The position numbers and the translations under genes are program-made. A stretch of DNA of 64,000 nucleotides from Nitrospirota bacterium (GTDB lineage Bacteria > Nitrospirota > UBA9217), in assembly GCA_963790205.1 (NCBI GenBank), contig CAWBNQ010000003.1, forward strand, positions 576,001 through 640,000. The letters are read 5' to 3'. Below, piece by piece: positions 37,712-46,741 of the stretch; within the stretch, counting starts at the first letter, position 1, and every line of letters begins with the position of its first letter. Under the pieces are notes generated by a model. The model searched no databases. It saw only the letters and a list, made by a program, of their open reading frames with translations, and was not told the DNA's origin.

Positions 37712-40285
37712 ATGAAGCGATTAGCCGCAAAAATTCGTTCACTGCTCCGGGTCATCGCGCTCCGGCGCCGCAACCGGGGGTCCTTCGAGCGGCTGTTCAA
37801 CGGCTTCCGCGATGTGCTGGACCGGAACAACCGGTCACTTGAGATCATCACGGACATGGGCGATACGCTGGGCGGGGACTACCTGTTCGACATCCAGTAC
37901 GTCAGGCGCTCCTATGCCGAGCTGTACGCGGCCATGGACGGATCACTCACCAGTTTCAACAATCTCACGCAGAACAGATACCCGAAACTCCATGACGTAT
38001 TCTCGGCCATAGACGGCCAGATCAGACGCATGATCGACGAGTCCACGCCGGTGTCCGACGCGCTCATCATGTTCTACGAGGAGGTCACCGCAGACATGGC
38101 AGTGGCCGTCGGGGGCAAGAACGGCAATCTCGCCGAGATAAGGAATACCGTAAAGCTCAACGTCCCGGACGGCTACGCCGTAACAACCCGGGCCTTCGAC
38201 GTTTTCCTCCGTCACAACCATATTCTGGAAAAGATACAGCTGCCTGATGACAACGCTCCTGTTTCCGATGCGATGATCCACGAAATGCGAGAACTGGTCC
38301 TGCACGGGACCATGCCTCCCGAACTCAGCCGGGCCATGGAGAAGGCCGTCAAGAGGATCAAATCCCGATGCGGCGCGGACTGCACCCTGGCCGTACGGAG
38401 CAGCGCCGGCGAGGAAGACGGGGACTTTTCTTTTGCCGGACAGTTTGAAACAATCCTGAACGTTCCCGCTGATCCGGCGGCAATCGGGAAGGCGTACCGG
38501 AAGGTGGTCGCGAGCCTCTTTTCCGAAAAAGCGCGGGCCTATCAATCGCGGCTGGGCCTTGATGTCCGGGGCATGAAAATGGCCGTGGCCTGCGTGGTGA
38601 TGGTGGACGCAGCGGCGAGCGGGGTACTGTACTCGGTTGATCCCCAGGGAAACCGCGAGACCATGGTCATCAACGCCGCCTGGGGACTGGGAACGGCGAT
38701 TGCCGAGGGGCAGACGGACGCCGATTTTTACCGGATAAAGAAAACCGGCCCCCTTGAAATCGTCGAAACGCGGACAGGCGCAAAGGACACCATGGTCGTA
38801 TCACGCTCGAGCGGCGGGGTGGCGTCCGTTGCGACCCCCGAGCAAAAGAAAAAAGAGCCGAGCCTTACGCGGGCTCAGGCCCAGGAGCTAGCCCGGATGG
38901 CGCTCCTGCTTGAGAAGCATTTCAAGAGGCCGCAGGACATCGAGTGGGCGATAGACCAGAAAGGGAAAATCTTCATCCTCCAGTCTCGGCCGCTCAGGAT
39001 GCACGAGGACAACGCGGGTGATACAACCGCGGCCCCCGCGATGCCTGATGCGAAGGTCATTGCCAGGAACAGGGGCGTCGTCGTGCAGAAAGGCGCGGCA
39101 GCGGGCCGGGCCTTTATTCTGAAAAACGATCGCGATCTTGATTCAATCCCGCGCGGGGCCATCCTCGTTGCGCACCGTGACTCGTCCCATTTTGTCCGTG
39201 TGATGACGACGGTATCCGCGATCATCACGGACATTGGAACGCCCACGAGCCATATGGCGGCCCTGTGCCGGGAATTCAGGATCCCCACTGCCGTGAACGC
39301 CGGCAACGCGACGCAAATGCTCAGCCAGGGGCAGGAGGTCACCGTCCAGGTCGAGAGCGACGGCGCAACATTCTACGACGGGCTGATCAGGCAGATCGTG
39401 GATCAGGCGGAGAATGACTCTGCGAAGATGGAGGACCTCTTCGAGTTCCGCAGGAAACGGTATCTTCTTCGCTACATTGCGCCGTTGAACCTCGTCGATC
39501 CCTTGAAGAACGAGTTTACGCCGCAAGCCTGCAGGACCATGCACGATATCCTGCGTTTCATCCATGAGAAGTCCGTTGCCGAGTTGATCGAAAACGCCGA
39601 GAAGGTCAGGACCGGCGCTGTTAAACTGGACCTGCCGATCCCCGCAGGGATCATGCTCATCGATATCGGCGGGGGACTGGACAACCCGGAAGGGCGGGGC
39701 CATGTTGCGCCGGAACAGGTAACCTCATTACCGCTCCGGGCGATCATTACCGGAATGACCAGGCCCGGGGTCTGGCGCTCCGACGCGGTGCCGCTCAGGG
39801 TCAATGACTTTATGGCGAGCATGTTGCGTGTGCCGGACATCACCACCGACGCGGGCGGCCGCGTGGAGCAGAACATGGCGGTTATCTCGCGGGAATACGC
39901 GAACATCAACCTCAAGTTCGGCTACCATTTCATCATCCTGGACTGCTTTTGCAGCGAGAACACGAGGAACAACCACATCTATTTCCGCTTCGCCGGCGGC
40001 GCCACGGACATGACCAAGCGGTCCCGGCGGCTGCAGCTCATCGCCGCGATCCTCGAAGAGTACGGGTTCAACATCAAGACCAAAGGGGACTTGATCGTGG
40101 CCCGGCTGGCGAACATCCGGCAGCAGGAAGCAGAGGACCTCCTCGACCATATCGGCAGGCTCTTTTCCTACACCCGGCAGCTCGATGCCGTGCTCAACGA
40201 TGACCTCTCGGTCGAACGCTACGCGCGTTGCTTCCTTGAAGGGAATTACGAACTGGCAGCGTCCGGGGAGAGTTCTAAAAAATAG
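37712..40285 (+). CDS. PEP-utilising enzyme (PEP synthase-like ATP-grasp plus phospho-His swivel domain, non-canonical C-terminus)
   Basis: VGGKNGNL, AVRSSAGEEDG..SFAGQF, PQDIEWA and TSHMAALCRE motifs. Confidence 0.85.
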   Translation: MKRLAAKIRSLLRVIALRRRNRGSFERLFNGFRDVLDRNNRSLEIITDMGDTLGGDYLFDIQYVRRSYAELYAAMDGSLTSFNNLTQNRYPKLHDVFSAIDGQIRRMIDESTPVSDALIMFYEEVTADMAVAVGGKNGNLAEIRNTVKLNVPDGYAVTTRAFDVFLRHNHILEKIQLPDDNAPVSDAMIHEMRELVLHGTMPPELSRAMEKAVKRIKSRCGADCTLAVRSSAGEEDGDFSFAGQFETILNVPADPAAIGKAYRKVVASLFSEKARAYQSRLGLDVRGMKMAVACVVMVDAAASGVLYSVDPQGNRETMVINAAWGLGTAIAEGQTDADFYRIKKTGPLEIVETRTGAKDTMVVSRSSGGVASVATPEQKKKEPSLTRAQAQELARMALLLEKHFKRPQDIEWAIDQKGKIFILQSRPLRMHEDNAGDTTAAPAMPDAKVIARNRGVVVQKGAAAGRAFILKNDRDLDSIPRGAILVAHRDSSHFVRVMTTVSAIITDIGTPTSHMAALCREFRIPTAVNAGNATQMLSQGQEVTVQVESDGATFYDGLIRQIVDQAENDSAKMEDLFEFRRKRYLLRYIAPLNLVDPLKNEFTPQACRTMHDILRFIHEKSVAELIENAEKVRTGAVKLDLPIPAGIMLIDIGGGLDNPEGRGHVAPEQVTSLPLRAIITGMTRPGVWRSDAVPLRVNDFMASMLRVPDITTDAGGRVEQNMAVISREYANINLKFGYHFIILDCFCSENTRNNHIYFRFAGGATDMTKRSRRLQLIAAILEEYGFNIKTKGDLIVARLANIRQQEAEDLLDHIGRLFSYTRQLDAVLNDDLSVERYARCFLEGNYELAASGESSKK

Positions 40286-40363
40286 TATTTCCCGAGTTAC
40301 TCCATACATCAGGGTGCGCAGGATTCCCGGGGCAAGGGGCGCGCTATCGGAGAGGTGACGGAA

Positions 40364-40675
40364 ATGGCCGCAGGAAACAACGACAAAAAAAACATATCGA
40401 AACATATCCTGCCGGCGTCTTCAAATCTTCTCGGGTTATGCTTTTTGATCCTGACGCTCAAGAAGCTCTGGAGGGGCAACAGCGTGGTTCAGTTCATGGA
40501 CAAGCTGGATGCAGTAGCGATCCTCATTTTTCTTGCCGCCAGTTTCCTGTCGTACGCATCCATGCGCGTGACACGGCGGGGAGATCTGTACGAAAAGGTT
40601 GCAGATGCCGTCTTCCTTGCCGGTTTGCTCTTGCTGTCGCTCATAGCGGTCGTGACGGCTTTTGAACTTGCATAG
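40364..40675 (+). CDS. small membrane protein (3 TM)
   Basis: HILPASSNLLGLC...SFLSYASMR hydrophobic ORF with GGAGAGG RBS. Confidence 0.65.
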   Translation: MAAGNNDKKNISKHILPASSNLLGLCFLILTLKKLWRGNSVVQFMDKLDAVAILIFLAASFLSYASMRVTRRGDLYEKVADAVFLAGLLLLSLIAVVTAFELA

Positions 40676-40709
40676 CAGCCCGCATTGTTGCCTGCATGGC
40701 AGGGCTGTC

Positions 40710-41732
40710 TCATGCTTTTACGCGGTCCGACCTCTTCCCATCATACGGCAATTCTATCGTCATCGCGGTTCCCTCCCCCCTCATGCTGTTAACGCGGATT
40801 TTTCCCCCGTGCCCCTCGACGACCTTTTTCGCGATGGACATGCCGAGGCCCGTCCCGTCCCGCTTCTTCGTGTAAAAAGGGACGAATAAATTTTCGAGGG
40901 TTTCTTTTTCCATACCGGGACCCTGGTCCAGAATCCTGATCCTCAGACTGCTGCCGCCCGCCTCCAGGGCGATGGAAACGCGCTGCTCCTTGCCCGAGGC
41001 TTCGATGGCATTGGTGATGAGATTCATCAAAGCCCTCTCCATGTGAAAACTGTCTATGCCTTTATTCAGGGGAACAGAGGGCAGATCGATTGACAGAACC
41101 ACGCCTTTCTGCTCTGCCTTTATCCTGCACGAGTCGCACGCATGCGTTATAATGTTCCGCATATCTTCTTGTTTCAGCTCCCACCGCGTAGGCCGGGCGA
41201 AATCAAGTACGTCATGCACGATTTTCTCCATCTGGGTAGCAGAATTAATGATCACCTGCGCCTCGGCCTCGGCCTTTCCCTTTCCTTCCTTGATGCGTTC
41301 CGCGAACCCCAATATCGCAAAAAGCGGATTTTTCAAATCATGGGCGATGACTGCGGCCACCCGGCCGATCGCGGAAAGGTATTGTTCTTTTTCCAATTGT
41401 TCCTGTTGTTTTCTTTCCCGATCGACGAGGTATCCGGCGATGATCGCGAACAGGCCCTGCAGCAGGAGCGGCAGCAATCGGTTCGTCTCATTGAGAAGCG
41501 AGCCAGGCCAGGTCATGATCACGTAAGGAAGATAGAGGACAAAGACCAGCAGATATGACAGCAGGGCGCCAAGAAGGCCGTATGCAAGCGCGCCGAGAAG
41601 CACCGGTATATAATATAATTCCCGGTAGATATTGTGCAAGGCGTGGCCCTCGCCGATAGACGCGTAGTGCACGTAGGTGATGAACAGGGTAAGAGCGACG
41701 ATAACAATTCCGCTGTATCTCCTCAGGCGCAT
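40710..41732 (-). CDS. membrane sensor histidine kinase
   Basis: N-terminal TM bundle; IAHDLKNPL, NLITNAIEA and GTGLGM motifs. Confidence 0.9.
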   Translation of the reverse strand: MRLRRYSGIVIVALTLFITYVHYASIGEGHALHNIYRELYYIPVLLGALAYGLLGALLSYLLVFVLYLPYVIMTWPGSLLNETNRLLPLLLQGLFAIIAGYLVDRERKQQEQLEKEQYLSAIGRVAAVIAHDLKNPLFAILGFAERIKEGKGKAEAEAQVIINSATQMEKIVHDVLDFARPTRWELKQEDMRNIITHACDSCRIKAEQKGVVLSIDLPSVPLNKGIDSFHMERALMNLITNAIEASGKEQRVSIALEAGGSSLRIRILDQGPGMEKETLENLFVPFYTKKRDGTGLGMSIAKKVVEGHGGKIRVNSMRGEGTAMTIELPYDGKRSDRVKA

Positions 41733-41831
41733 GCGTTTCTCCTCGTTCGAAAATAACGACGCTCATCCGATGGATATATTCTCTACCCGAATAATCAGGA
41801 GTGCAGGACCGTGTCCGTGGACGAGGAGCTC

Positions 41832-42455
41832 TTAACGCATCCGGCCGGCATCGGCGCGCGCAGCGGAGGCGTCCTGGGGCCAGGGAGACTCTCCTTCTAT
41901 CTTTGCAAGAGCACGCCACAATATGTTCTGAAGGTCGTCGCCCGTTTTGTTCCCCAGGAATGTCGCCGTCAGGGTCTCGCGCAGCGTAAGCATGAGCGGG
42001 TCCGTCTTGAGGAACGACAGAAATATCCGCAGGCGCGCTTCTCCGGTGCCGATCTTCGACGCCGTCTTCAGGCTCCCGTTGTTCCCGTAGTATTGCTGCA
42101 GGTAGATCAAAAACCACAGCTGGGACATATCGTAAAAAAATTCGAGCGCGGGATAGTGGCTGTACAGCCGCCTGATTTCCTCTTCCAGCGACACGCGGTT
42201 GGTCGGGACGTCGGGAAAAACGGCGACCAGCAGCCCTTCCGCAAAATCCTCGTAGAAGAAAAAGGAGCCTGAAAACTGCCGGTTCCCGCAGCGGGGGCAG
42301 GTAATGACATTGAAGGTCCATTCTTTCAGCAATACCTTCACCTGCGGTGACCGGGAAATGTCGACCCACGTGGCGATCGTGGCCTGAAAATCATTCTTGC
42401 AGCGAGCACACTGGAAGGTCTCAGTATTGTATGCTTCAGCTTGAAAAGTCAGCAT
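41832..42455 (-). CDS. CpXC domain-containing protein
   Basis: CARC...FNVITCPRCG...FFYED zinc-ribbon pattern; AGGGG RBS before ATG 42455. Confidence 0.75.
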   Translation of the reverse strand: MLTFQAEAYNTETFQCARCKNDFQATIATWVDISRSPQVKVLLKEWTFNVITCPRCGNRQFSGSFFFYEDFAEGLLVAVFPDVPTNRVSLEEEIRRLYSHYPALEFFYDMSQLWFLIYLQQYYGNNGSLKTASKIGTGEARLRIFLSFLKTDPLMLTLRETLTATFLGNKTGDDLQNILWRALAKIEGESPWPQDASAARADAGRMR

Positions 42456-42648
42456 CTGTTCACCCCTATAAATTTTATCGTGAATGATCGCCGAAGACAG
42501 GGCAGAAACAGGCCGGAACCGACGCACCGGCTTTCCCGGGGCGGGCAATCACCCGTGTGTGCACATGGCACATATGGCCGGAGTGTGGAAGTCGGGCGCT
42601 GAGTGCACTGTCTGTTCGGAAAAAACGTGAAACAGAATATCGGGGTGA

Positions 42649-42924
42649 CTACGCGGGAGGGGCGCGGCTTTCTGTGGCTGAGGGAAGAGCTTTCGGCAGA
42701 TTATACGAGATCCCCGGAGATACAGATGTTTCTACCTGGCGAACATCGTGGCAAATCACATAATGTGCGTTTGTTGCGGTGAAGAGCTGGTCATAGGCAT
42801 TACAGAAGGGGCAGTCCTTGCGAAGCGTCTCGTTATCAATCGGACAATAAGCCGGTACAAGGGCGAGTATGAAGAGAATCGCTACAAAAAGAAGCGCAAT
42901 CCTCTTCTGCATGGTTCCAGTCAT
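42649..42924 (-). CDS. DUF2946-like exported peptide with CPFC and C-terminal RAPP (candidate ribosome-arrest leader)
   Basis: signal-like N-terminus, CPFC, ends SRAPPA-stop. Confidence 0.7.
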   Translation of the reverse strand: MTGTMQKRIALLFVAILFILALVPAYCPIDNETLRKDCPFCNAYDQLFTATNAHYVICHDVRQVETSVSPGISYNLPKALPSATESRAPPA

Positions 42925-42930
42925 GTGTGA

Positions 42931-42959
42931 ATTATACAGAGGGGAAACTTCAGAGTCAA
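42931..42959 (-). promoter_or_regulatory. sigma70 promoter, probably leaderless transcript
   Basis: TTGACT-17 nt-TATAAT, 6 nt before ATG 42924. Confidence 0.7.
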
Positions 42960-43202
42960 GGTTCTTTTGAGCCCGGAAACGCCTGAACAAAAGGAAGCGC
43001 GGTCTCGACATCAGGCAGAGGGGGCCGATCGTCGCCGCCTGGCGAACATCCGGCAGGCGGACGCGGGACACCTCCTCGGCCGGACCGGGAGGCCGTTTTT
43101 CAACACGCGGCAATTGGCGCCATGCTCAACCATGCCGTGCGGCCACGCGGTGCGGCGGTCGTTTCTTGACGGGGATTATGTACTTGCGGAGACCGGGGGA
43201 AG

Positions 43203-43261
43203 GGATAACGATAACACACGGGTGAGCCCCGCTATGCGGGACTCGTACCCGCAGGTTGAAC
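43203..43261 (-). repeat. attC-like site (distal, degenerate)
   Basis: minus strand GTTCAAC-CTGCG-GGTACGAG-hairpin-CTCACC-CGTGT-GTTATC(GTTATCC), directly after rsgA stop. Confidence 0.6.
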
Positions 43262-44331
43262 TACTGGTCACTTTTTTTATGATGTTTCATTGCAGTCTTG
43301 ACGAACTGTCCGAATTTTCTGTCCTTTCTACGCTTTTCAACGTAGGACAGCTCGTTGTATTCAGATTCCTTCATCAGCTTCAAAAAGCTCTGATATCGAT
43401 CCGCTTGTAATGTGCCATTGTCAATTGCGTTTAGGAGTGCGCAACCGACTTCCTTGGTATGAGTGCAATTGGCAAAACGACAGGTTTTTGAAAGGCTCCA
43501 AATATCAACGAAGCTTTCTTCAAGACCCGAACTGGCGCCGATATTCCCCAGTTCCCTCATTCCAGGGGTGTCGATCAGCATTGCCCCTTGATCGAGGACG
43601 ATCAGTTGGCGCTGCGCCGTCGTGTGTTTGCCCTTCCCGTCGCTTGCACGGACTGTGTTTGTCTCAAATAAATCGCGGCCTATAATATGGTTCAAGAGCG
43701 TTGTTTTGCCTACTCCGGAAGATCCAACGAGACAATACGTTTTGCCCGGCTCCAGTAATTGACGCACGTGATCCAATCCGAAGCCGGTCACGTTGCTGAG
43801 CGGAAGGACTTTGCATTGGATGTTAGCTTGACGTACTTCCGATATTCTTTGCTCCAGCTTCTCGGGGCTGACCAGATCGCTTTTTGTCAAGAGGAGGGTC
43901 GGTTCAACGTGCCCTTCGTTTACCATCACAAGGTAGCGCTCCAGCCTGCGCAGATTGAAATCGAAATCACAGGCTTGCACGATCAAGGCGGAATCTATGT
44001 TGACCGCGATCATCTGGTAGTCTATTTTTTTACCAGGGGCTTTTCTCCGTAAAAAAGATTTGCGGGGGAGAAGACCATGGATGATGGCAAAGGTATCATC
44101 GTTGTGAAACTGGACAAGTGCCCAATCACCTACCGAAGGAAGATCTATGCTCGACTCAACTGAGTAAATAAAATTTCCTGCTAATTCGGCAAACACTTCG
44201 CTCTTATTATTTCTTATAAGGTAGCTGTCCTTATGGACCGCAGTCACGCGAGCCACGGTGCAGTCTGGTCTCAGCGCCTCCGATCTTTTGTCTTCAAACC
44301 ACTGATCAAATCCGAGCGTTATAAGTTCCAT
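43261..44331 (-). CDS. rsgA: ribosome small subunit-dependent GTPase A paralog (probable gene cassette)
   Basis: circularly permuted GTPase: TKSDL, GSSGVGKT, GKHTT, DTPG and CRFANCTH.KE.GC zinc finger. Confidence 0.88.
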   Translation of the reverse strand: MELITLGFDQWFEDKRSEALRPDCTVARVTAVHKDSYLIRNNKSEVFAELAGNFIYSVESSIDLPSVGDWALVQFHNDDTFAIIHGLLPRKSFLRRKAPGKKIDYQMIAVNIDSALIVQACDFDFNLRRLERYLVMVNEGHVEPTLLLTKSDLVSPEKLEQRISEVRQANIQCKVLPLSNVTGFGLDHVRQLLEPGKTYCLVGSSGVGKTTLLNHIIGRDLFETNTVRASDGKGKHTTAQRQLIVLDQGAMLIDTPGMRELGNIGASSGLEESFVDIWSLSKTCRFANCTHTKEVGCALLNAIDNGTLQADRYQSFLKLMKESEYNELSYVEKRRKDRKFGQFVKTAMKHHKKSDQ

Positions 44332-44335
44332 ATTA

Positions 44336-44388
44336 AGTTAACGAGTTCACGCGCCGCGAAGCAGTCGGCGTGGAACGACAGGTTATGC
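44336..44388 (-). repeat. attC site (shortened right spacer)
   Basis: GCATAAC-CTGTC-GTTCCAC...GTGAAC-TC-GTTAACT; L boxes pair with one extrahelical base. Confidence 0.7.
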
Positions 44389-44960
44389 TATTTGCTCTTG
44401 GGCGCGAATATCTCGTTTACTTGAGCACGTAACTTCTCACCATGCTGTCCAGGGTTCCTAGTGTATGTATAAGATGTAATCAATTGCTTGTTGTGCAGTA
44501 CGTATATGACTGGTATAGAATTGTCGTAATAGCGAACGCCGAACTTTGTAAATAATTCGTCAGCTCGCTCTCGTGTCTGTTTTCCGCATTCAACAATCAG
44601 AATACTCATTTTTTTTGGATCAGGAGAACCAGAAGGTGTTAGGGCGTCCCTTTCTTCAAGTCTTCGTACATCCTTGAGATAGCCCTCAAGAACGCCGGCA
44701 GGCGTTAGATTATTGCGTTTCTTGGCAGGGAACCAAGTTGGACCACTATGCCGGCCGGAATTCTTAAGGTTATTTTCATCATAAGAATCTACAAGGCACA
44801 ATATGACGATTTCTGCGGAATCAAGTTGGTTTAGTACGCTTTCCCACGATACTATGGAAACCGGCCAATAAGTGTTCCCCTCATTCGAATCATGACTCGG
44901 TTTTGCACAAGCAGAAAGAAAAACGAATGCGATTACAGCAATGATTTTGACAAATTTCAT
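44388..44960 (-). CDS. hypothetical lipoprotein (cassette)
   Basis: GGAGG RBS, lipobox LSAC; stop overlaps attC R'' box. Confidence 0.7.
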   Translation of the reverse strand: MKFVKIIAVIAFVFLSACAKPSHDSNEGNTYWPVSIVSWESVLNQLDSAEIVILCLVDSYDENNLKNSGRHSGPTWFPAKKRNNLTPAGVLEGYLKDVRRLEERDALTPSGSPDPKKMSILIVECGKQTRERADELFTKFGVRYYDNSIPVIYVLHNKQLITSYTYTRNPGQHGEKLRAQVNEIFAPKSK

Positions 44961-45010
44961 TAATATCCTCCCCGTGCTCTTAATGGGGAATTGCGACGAC
45001 GGAGGTGATT

Positions 45011-45601
45011 TTATATGCATTTTGCCTTTTTCTTTACAGCAACAATATAGTCTTCATAGCTGTCGAACCCAGTAGGCAAATTAATTTTCATATTCGGATT
45101 TTGTTTCCGAAATGTCTGGTAATCTGTCAAACTTTGATCATAATGCTTACATGCCTCGTTTTCATCTCCAATATACGATAAATATGTGTTGCCCATAACG
45201 AGATCAATATTGGTTAATGCATCATACTTGGCATTTTTAACAAGGATCTCTTTTGCCATCTGAAAATATTCAATCGACTTTTTGTATCGTACGTCAAAGT
45301 TTATCGACTTGTCGAGGAAACCATTTTTTCGATAATGCGGTTCCCATCGGTCTACAGTCGGAGACTCCAAGAAGAAAGCATATTGCCGATACGTCTCAGC
45401 AAGCCCAAGTTCGTCATTCTTACTCTGATATATGTCTCTCGCCTCTAGAATCAAACGTTCCGCCGGTAAAGGACGATTTTGTTTTTCATATAAATTGTGA
45501 GCCCAACCAAGTTTTTCTCTAGGGTCACTTGTTACAGGTACCCCCATCGCTGCACATCCCGTAAGTGTTGCGACTATCAAAGCTATGGCAAAGCGATGCA
45601 T
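45011..45601 (-). CDS. hypothetical lipoprotein, helical/TPR-like (cassette)
   Basis: AAGGAGG RBS just after attC R' box, lipobox LTGC. Confidence 0.75.
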   Translation of the reverse strand: MHRFAIALIVATLTGCAAMGVPVTSDPREKLGWAHNLYEKQNRPLPAERLILEARDIYQSKNDELGLAETYRQYAFFLESPTVDRWEPHYRKNGFLDKSINFDVRYKKSIEYFQMAKEILVKNAKYDALTNIDLVMGNTYLSYIGDENEACKHYDQSLTDYQTFRKQNPNMKINLPTGFDSYEDYIVAVKKKAKCI

Positions 45602-45621
45602 AAATCGTCTTTCCTCCTTCT

Positions 45622-45678
45622 GGATAACACGCGGCTGACGCGCCGCACGGCGCGTCGCAGTCGAGCCGCAGGTTGGTA
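45622..45678 (-). repeat. attC site (57 bp)
   Basis: TACCAAC-CTGCG-GCTCGAC...GTCAGC-CGCGT-GTTATCC; canonical extrahelical base. Confidence 0.88.
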
Positions 45679-45685
45679 TCCCGAA

Positions 45686-45997
45686 TCAGCTGTGAGATGC
45701 TGCTGCATGCAGTTTCAAGCCGAGCGCATCCATGACCTTGAGGATGGTATCGAAACCGGGACTGCGTTCGCCGGAGAGCGCTTTATAGAGACTTTCGCGT
45801 GATAAACCGGAGTCACGCGCGACCTGCGCCATCCCTTTTGCACGGGCAATATCGCCCAGTGCCTTGGCAATGAATGCAGCATCGCCGTTGGCCTCCTCAA
45901 AACATGCCTCAAGATATGCGGCCATTTCCTCCGGGGTGCGAAGATGTTCGGCAACATCGTACCGTGTTGTTTTGGTTTTGGCTTTTGTCTGGCTCAT
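45686..45997 (-). CDS. addiction module antidote protein (HigA-like HTH)
   Basis: YDVAEHLRTPEEMAAYL, ALGDIARAKGMAQVA and LSRESLYKALS motifs. Confidence 0.9.
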   Translation of the reverse strand: MSQTKAKTKTTRYDVAEHLRTPEEMAAYLEACFEEANGDAAFIAKALGDIARAKGMAQVARDSGLSRESLYKALSGERSPGFDTILKVMDALGLKLHAAASHS

Positions 45998-46006
45998 AAT
46001 GCCCTC

Positions 46007-46297
46007 CTACAGATTGTGTGCGAGGCGTAACGCTGTCTTGATATCAGCGGCCTGAGTGCGTTTATCTCCACCGGCCAGCAAAATTATCAATGTACGGCCT
46101 CGCATCGTGTAATACACCCGGTATCCGGGACCATAGTCGATTCGCAGTTCCGAGACACCCTCACCGACTGGCTTAACGTCACCAGGATTCCCCGTGGCTA
46201 AGCGTTCGACGCGAGCCTGCACGCGGGCGCGTGCATGAATGTCGCGCAGGCCATCAAGCCACTTAGCATATGTATCAGTTTTTCGGATTTCGAGCAT
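46007..46297 (-). CDS. RelE/ParE-family addiction module toxin (HigB-like)
   Basis: GNPGDVKPVGEGVSELRIDYGPGYRVY and LLAGGDK motifs; toxin-first order. Confidence 0.92.
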   Translation of the reverse strand: MLEIRKTDTYAKWLDGLRDIHARARVQARVERLATGNPGDVKPVGEGVSELRIDYGPGYRVYYTMRGRTLIILLAGGDKRTQAADIKTALRLAHNL

Positions 46298-46303
46298 GAA
46301 TGT

Positions 46304-46332
46304 ATTGTAGCCTTATGGCTACACATTGTCAA
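46304..46332 (-). promoter_or_regulatory. TA promoter with overlapping palindromic operator
   Basis: TTGACA-17 nt-TACAAT, 6 nt before ATG; TGTAGCC-N4-GGCTACA palindrome at 46306-46323. Confidence 0.85.
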
Positions 46333-46363
46333 TATTTTTCAATTAGGTTAATGTGCAACGTTA

Positions 46364-46604
46364 TCAAAAGACAGGCAGGATAATGAAGGCAGTGAATGAC
46401 GTAAAGGACACAACGAATATCCAGAACCAGATTCCTATTTTCCCATCTTTACGTCGCGTGATCGCGATATAGTCAAAGATATTCTATAAAACTAGCAAAG
46501 TAATTGCTCTTCCCTGTCTCATTTCGAGCAATAGTCGAAATTCGCATGGCTGAGATTCCGGCAGCAATGGCGGAGAGCCATTTTATGATTTGAATGAGAA
46601 TCAT
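46364..46604 (-). pseudogene. small 2-TM membrane protein with apparent +1 frameshift (cassette)
   Basis: MILIQIIKWLSAIAAG...NYFASF continues in another frame as NIFDYIAITRRKDGKIGIWFWIFVVSF... Confidence 0.45.
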
Positions 46605-46613
46605 GATGTTTTA

Positions 46614-46674
46614 GACTAATGCGGGGCTGAGCCATGACCCCTTGGGGTCATTGGTCTCCAGCTCCTGGTTCTCC
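46614..46674 (-). repeat. attC site with atypical R' (ATT instead of GTT)
   Basis: GGAGAAC-CAGGA-GCTGGAG...ATGACCCC AA GGGGTCAT..CTCAGC-CCCGC-ATTAGTC. Confidence 0.7.
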
Positions 46675-46741
46675 CGGCGCGTTTTTCGCGCTGGGAAGGA
46701 GCGCATGGCTCAGCCCCGCATTCTCGCGGCGCGAAGCGCCG

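Noticed and set aside
43098..43167. additional attC beyond rsgA
   Set aside because: GCCGCGTGTT matches an attC right end, but no complementary left arm can be paired.
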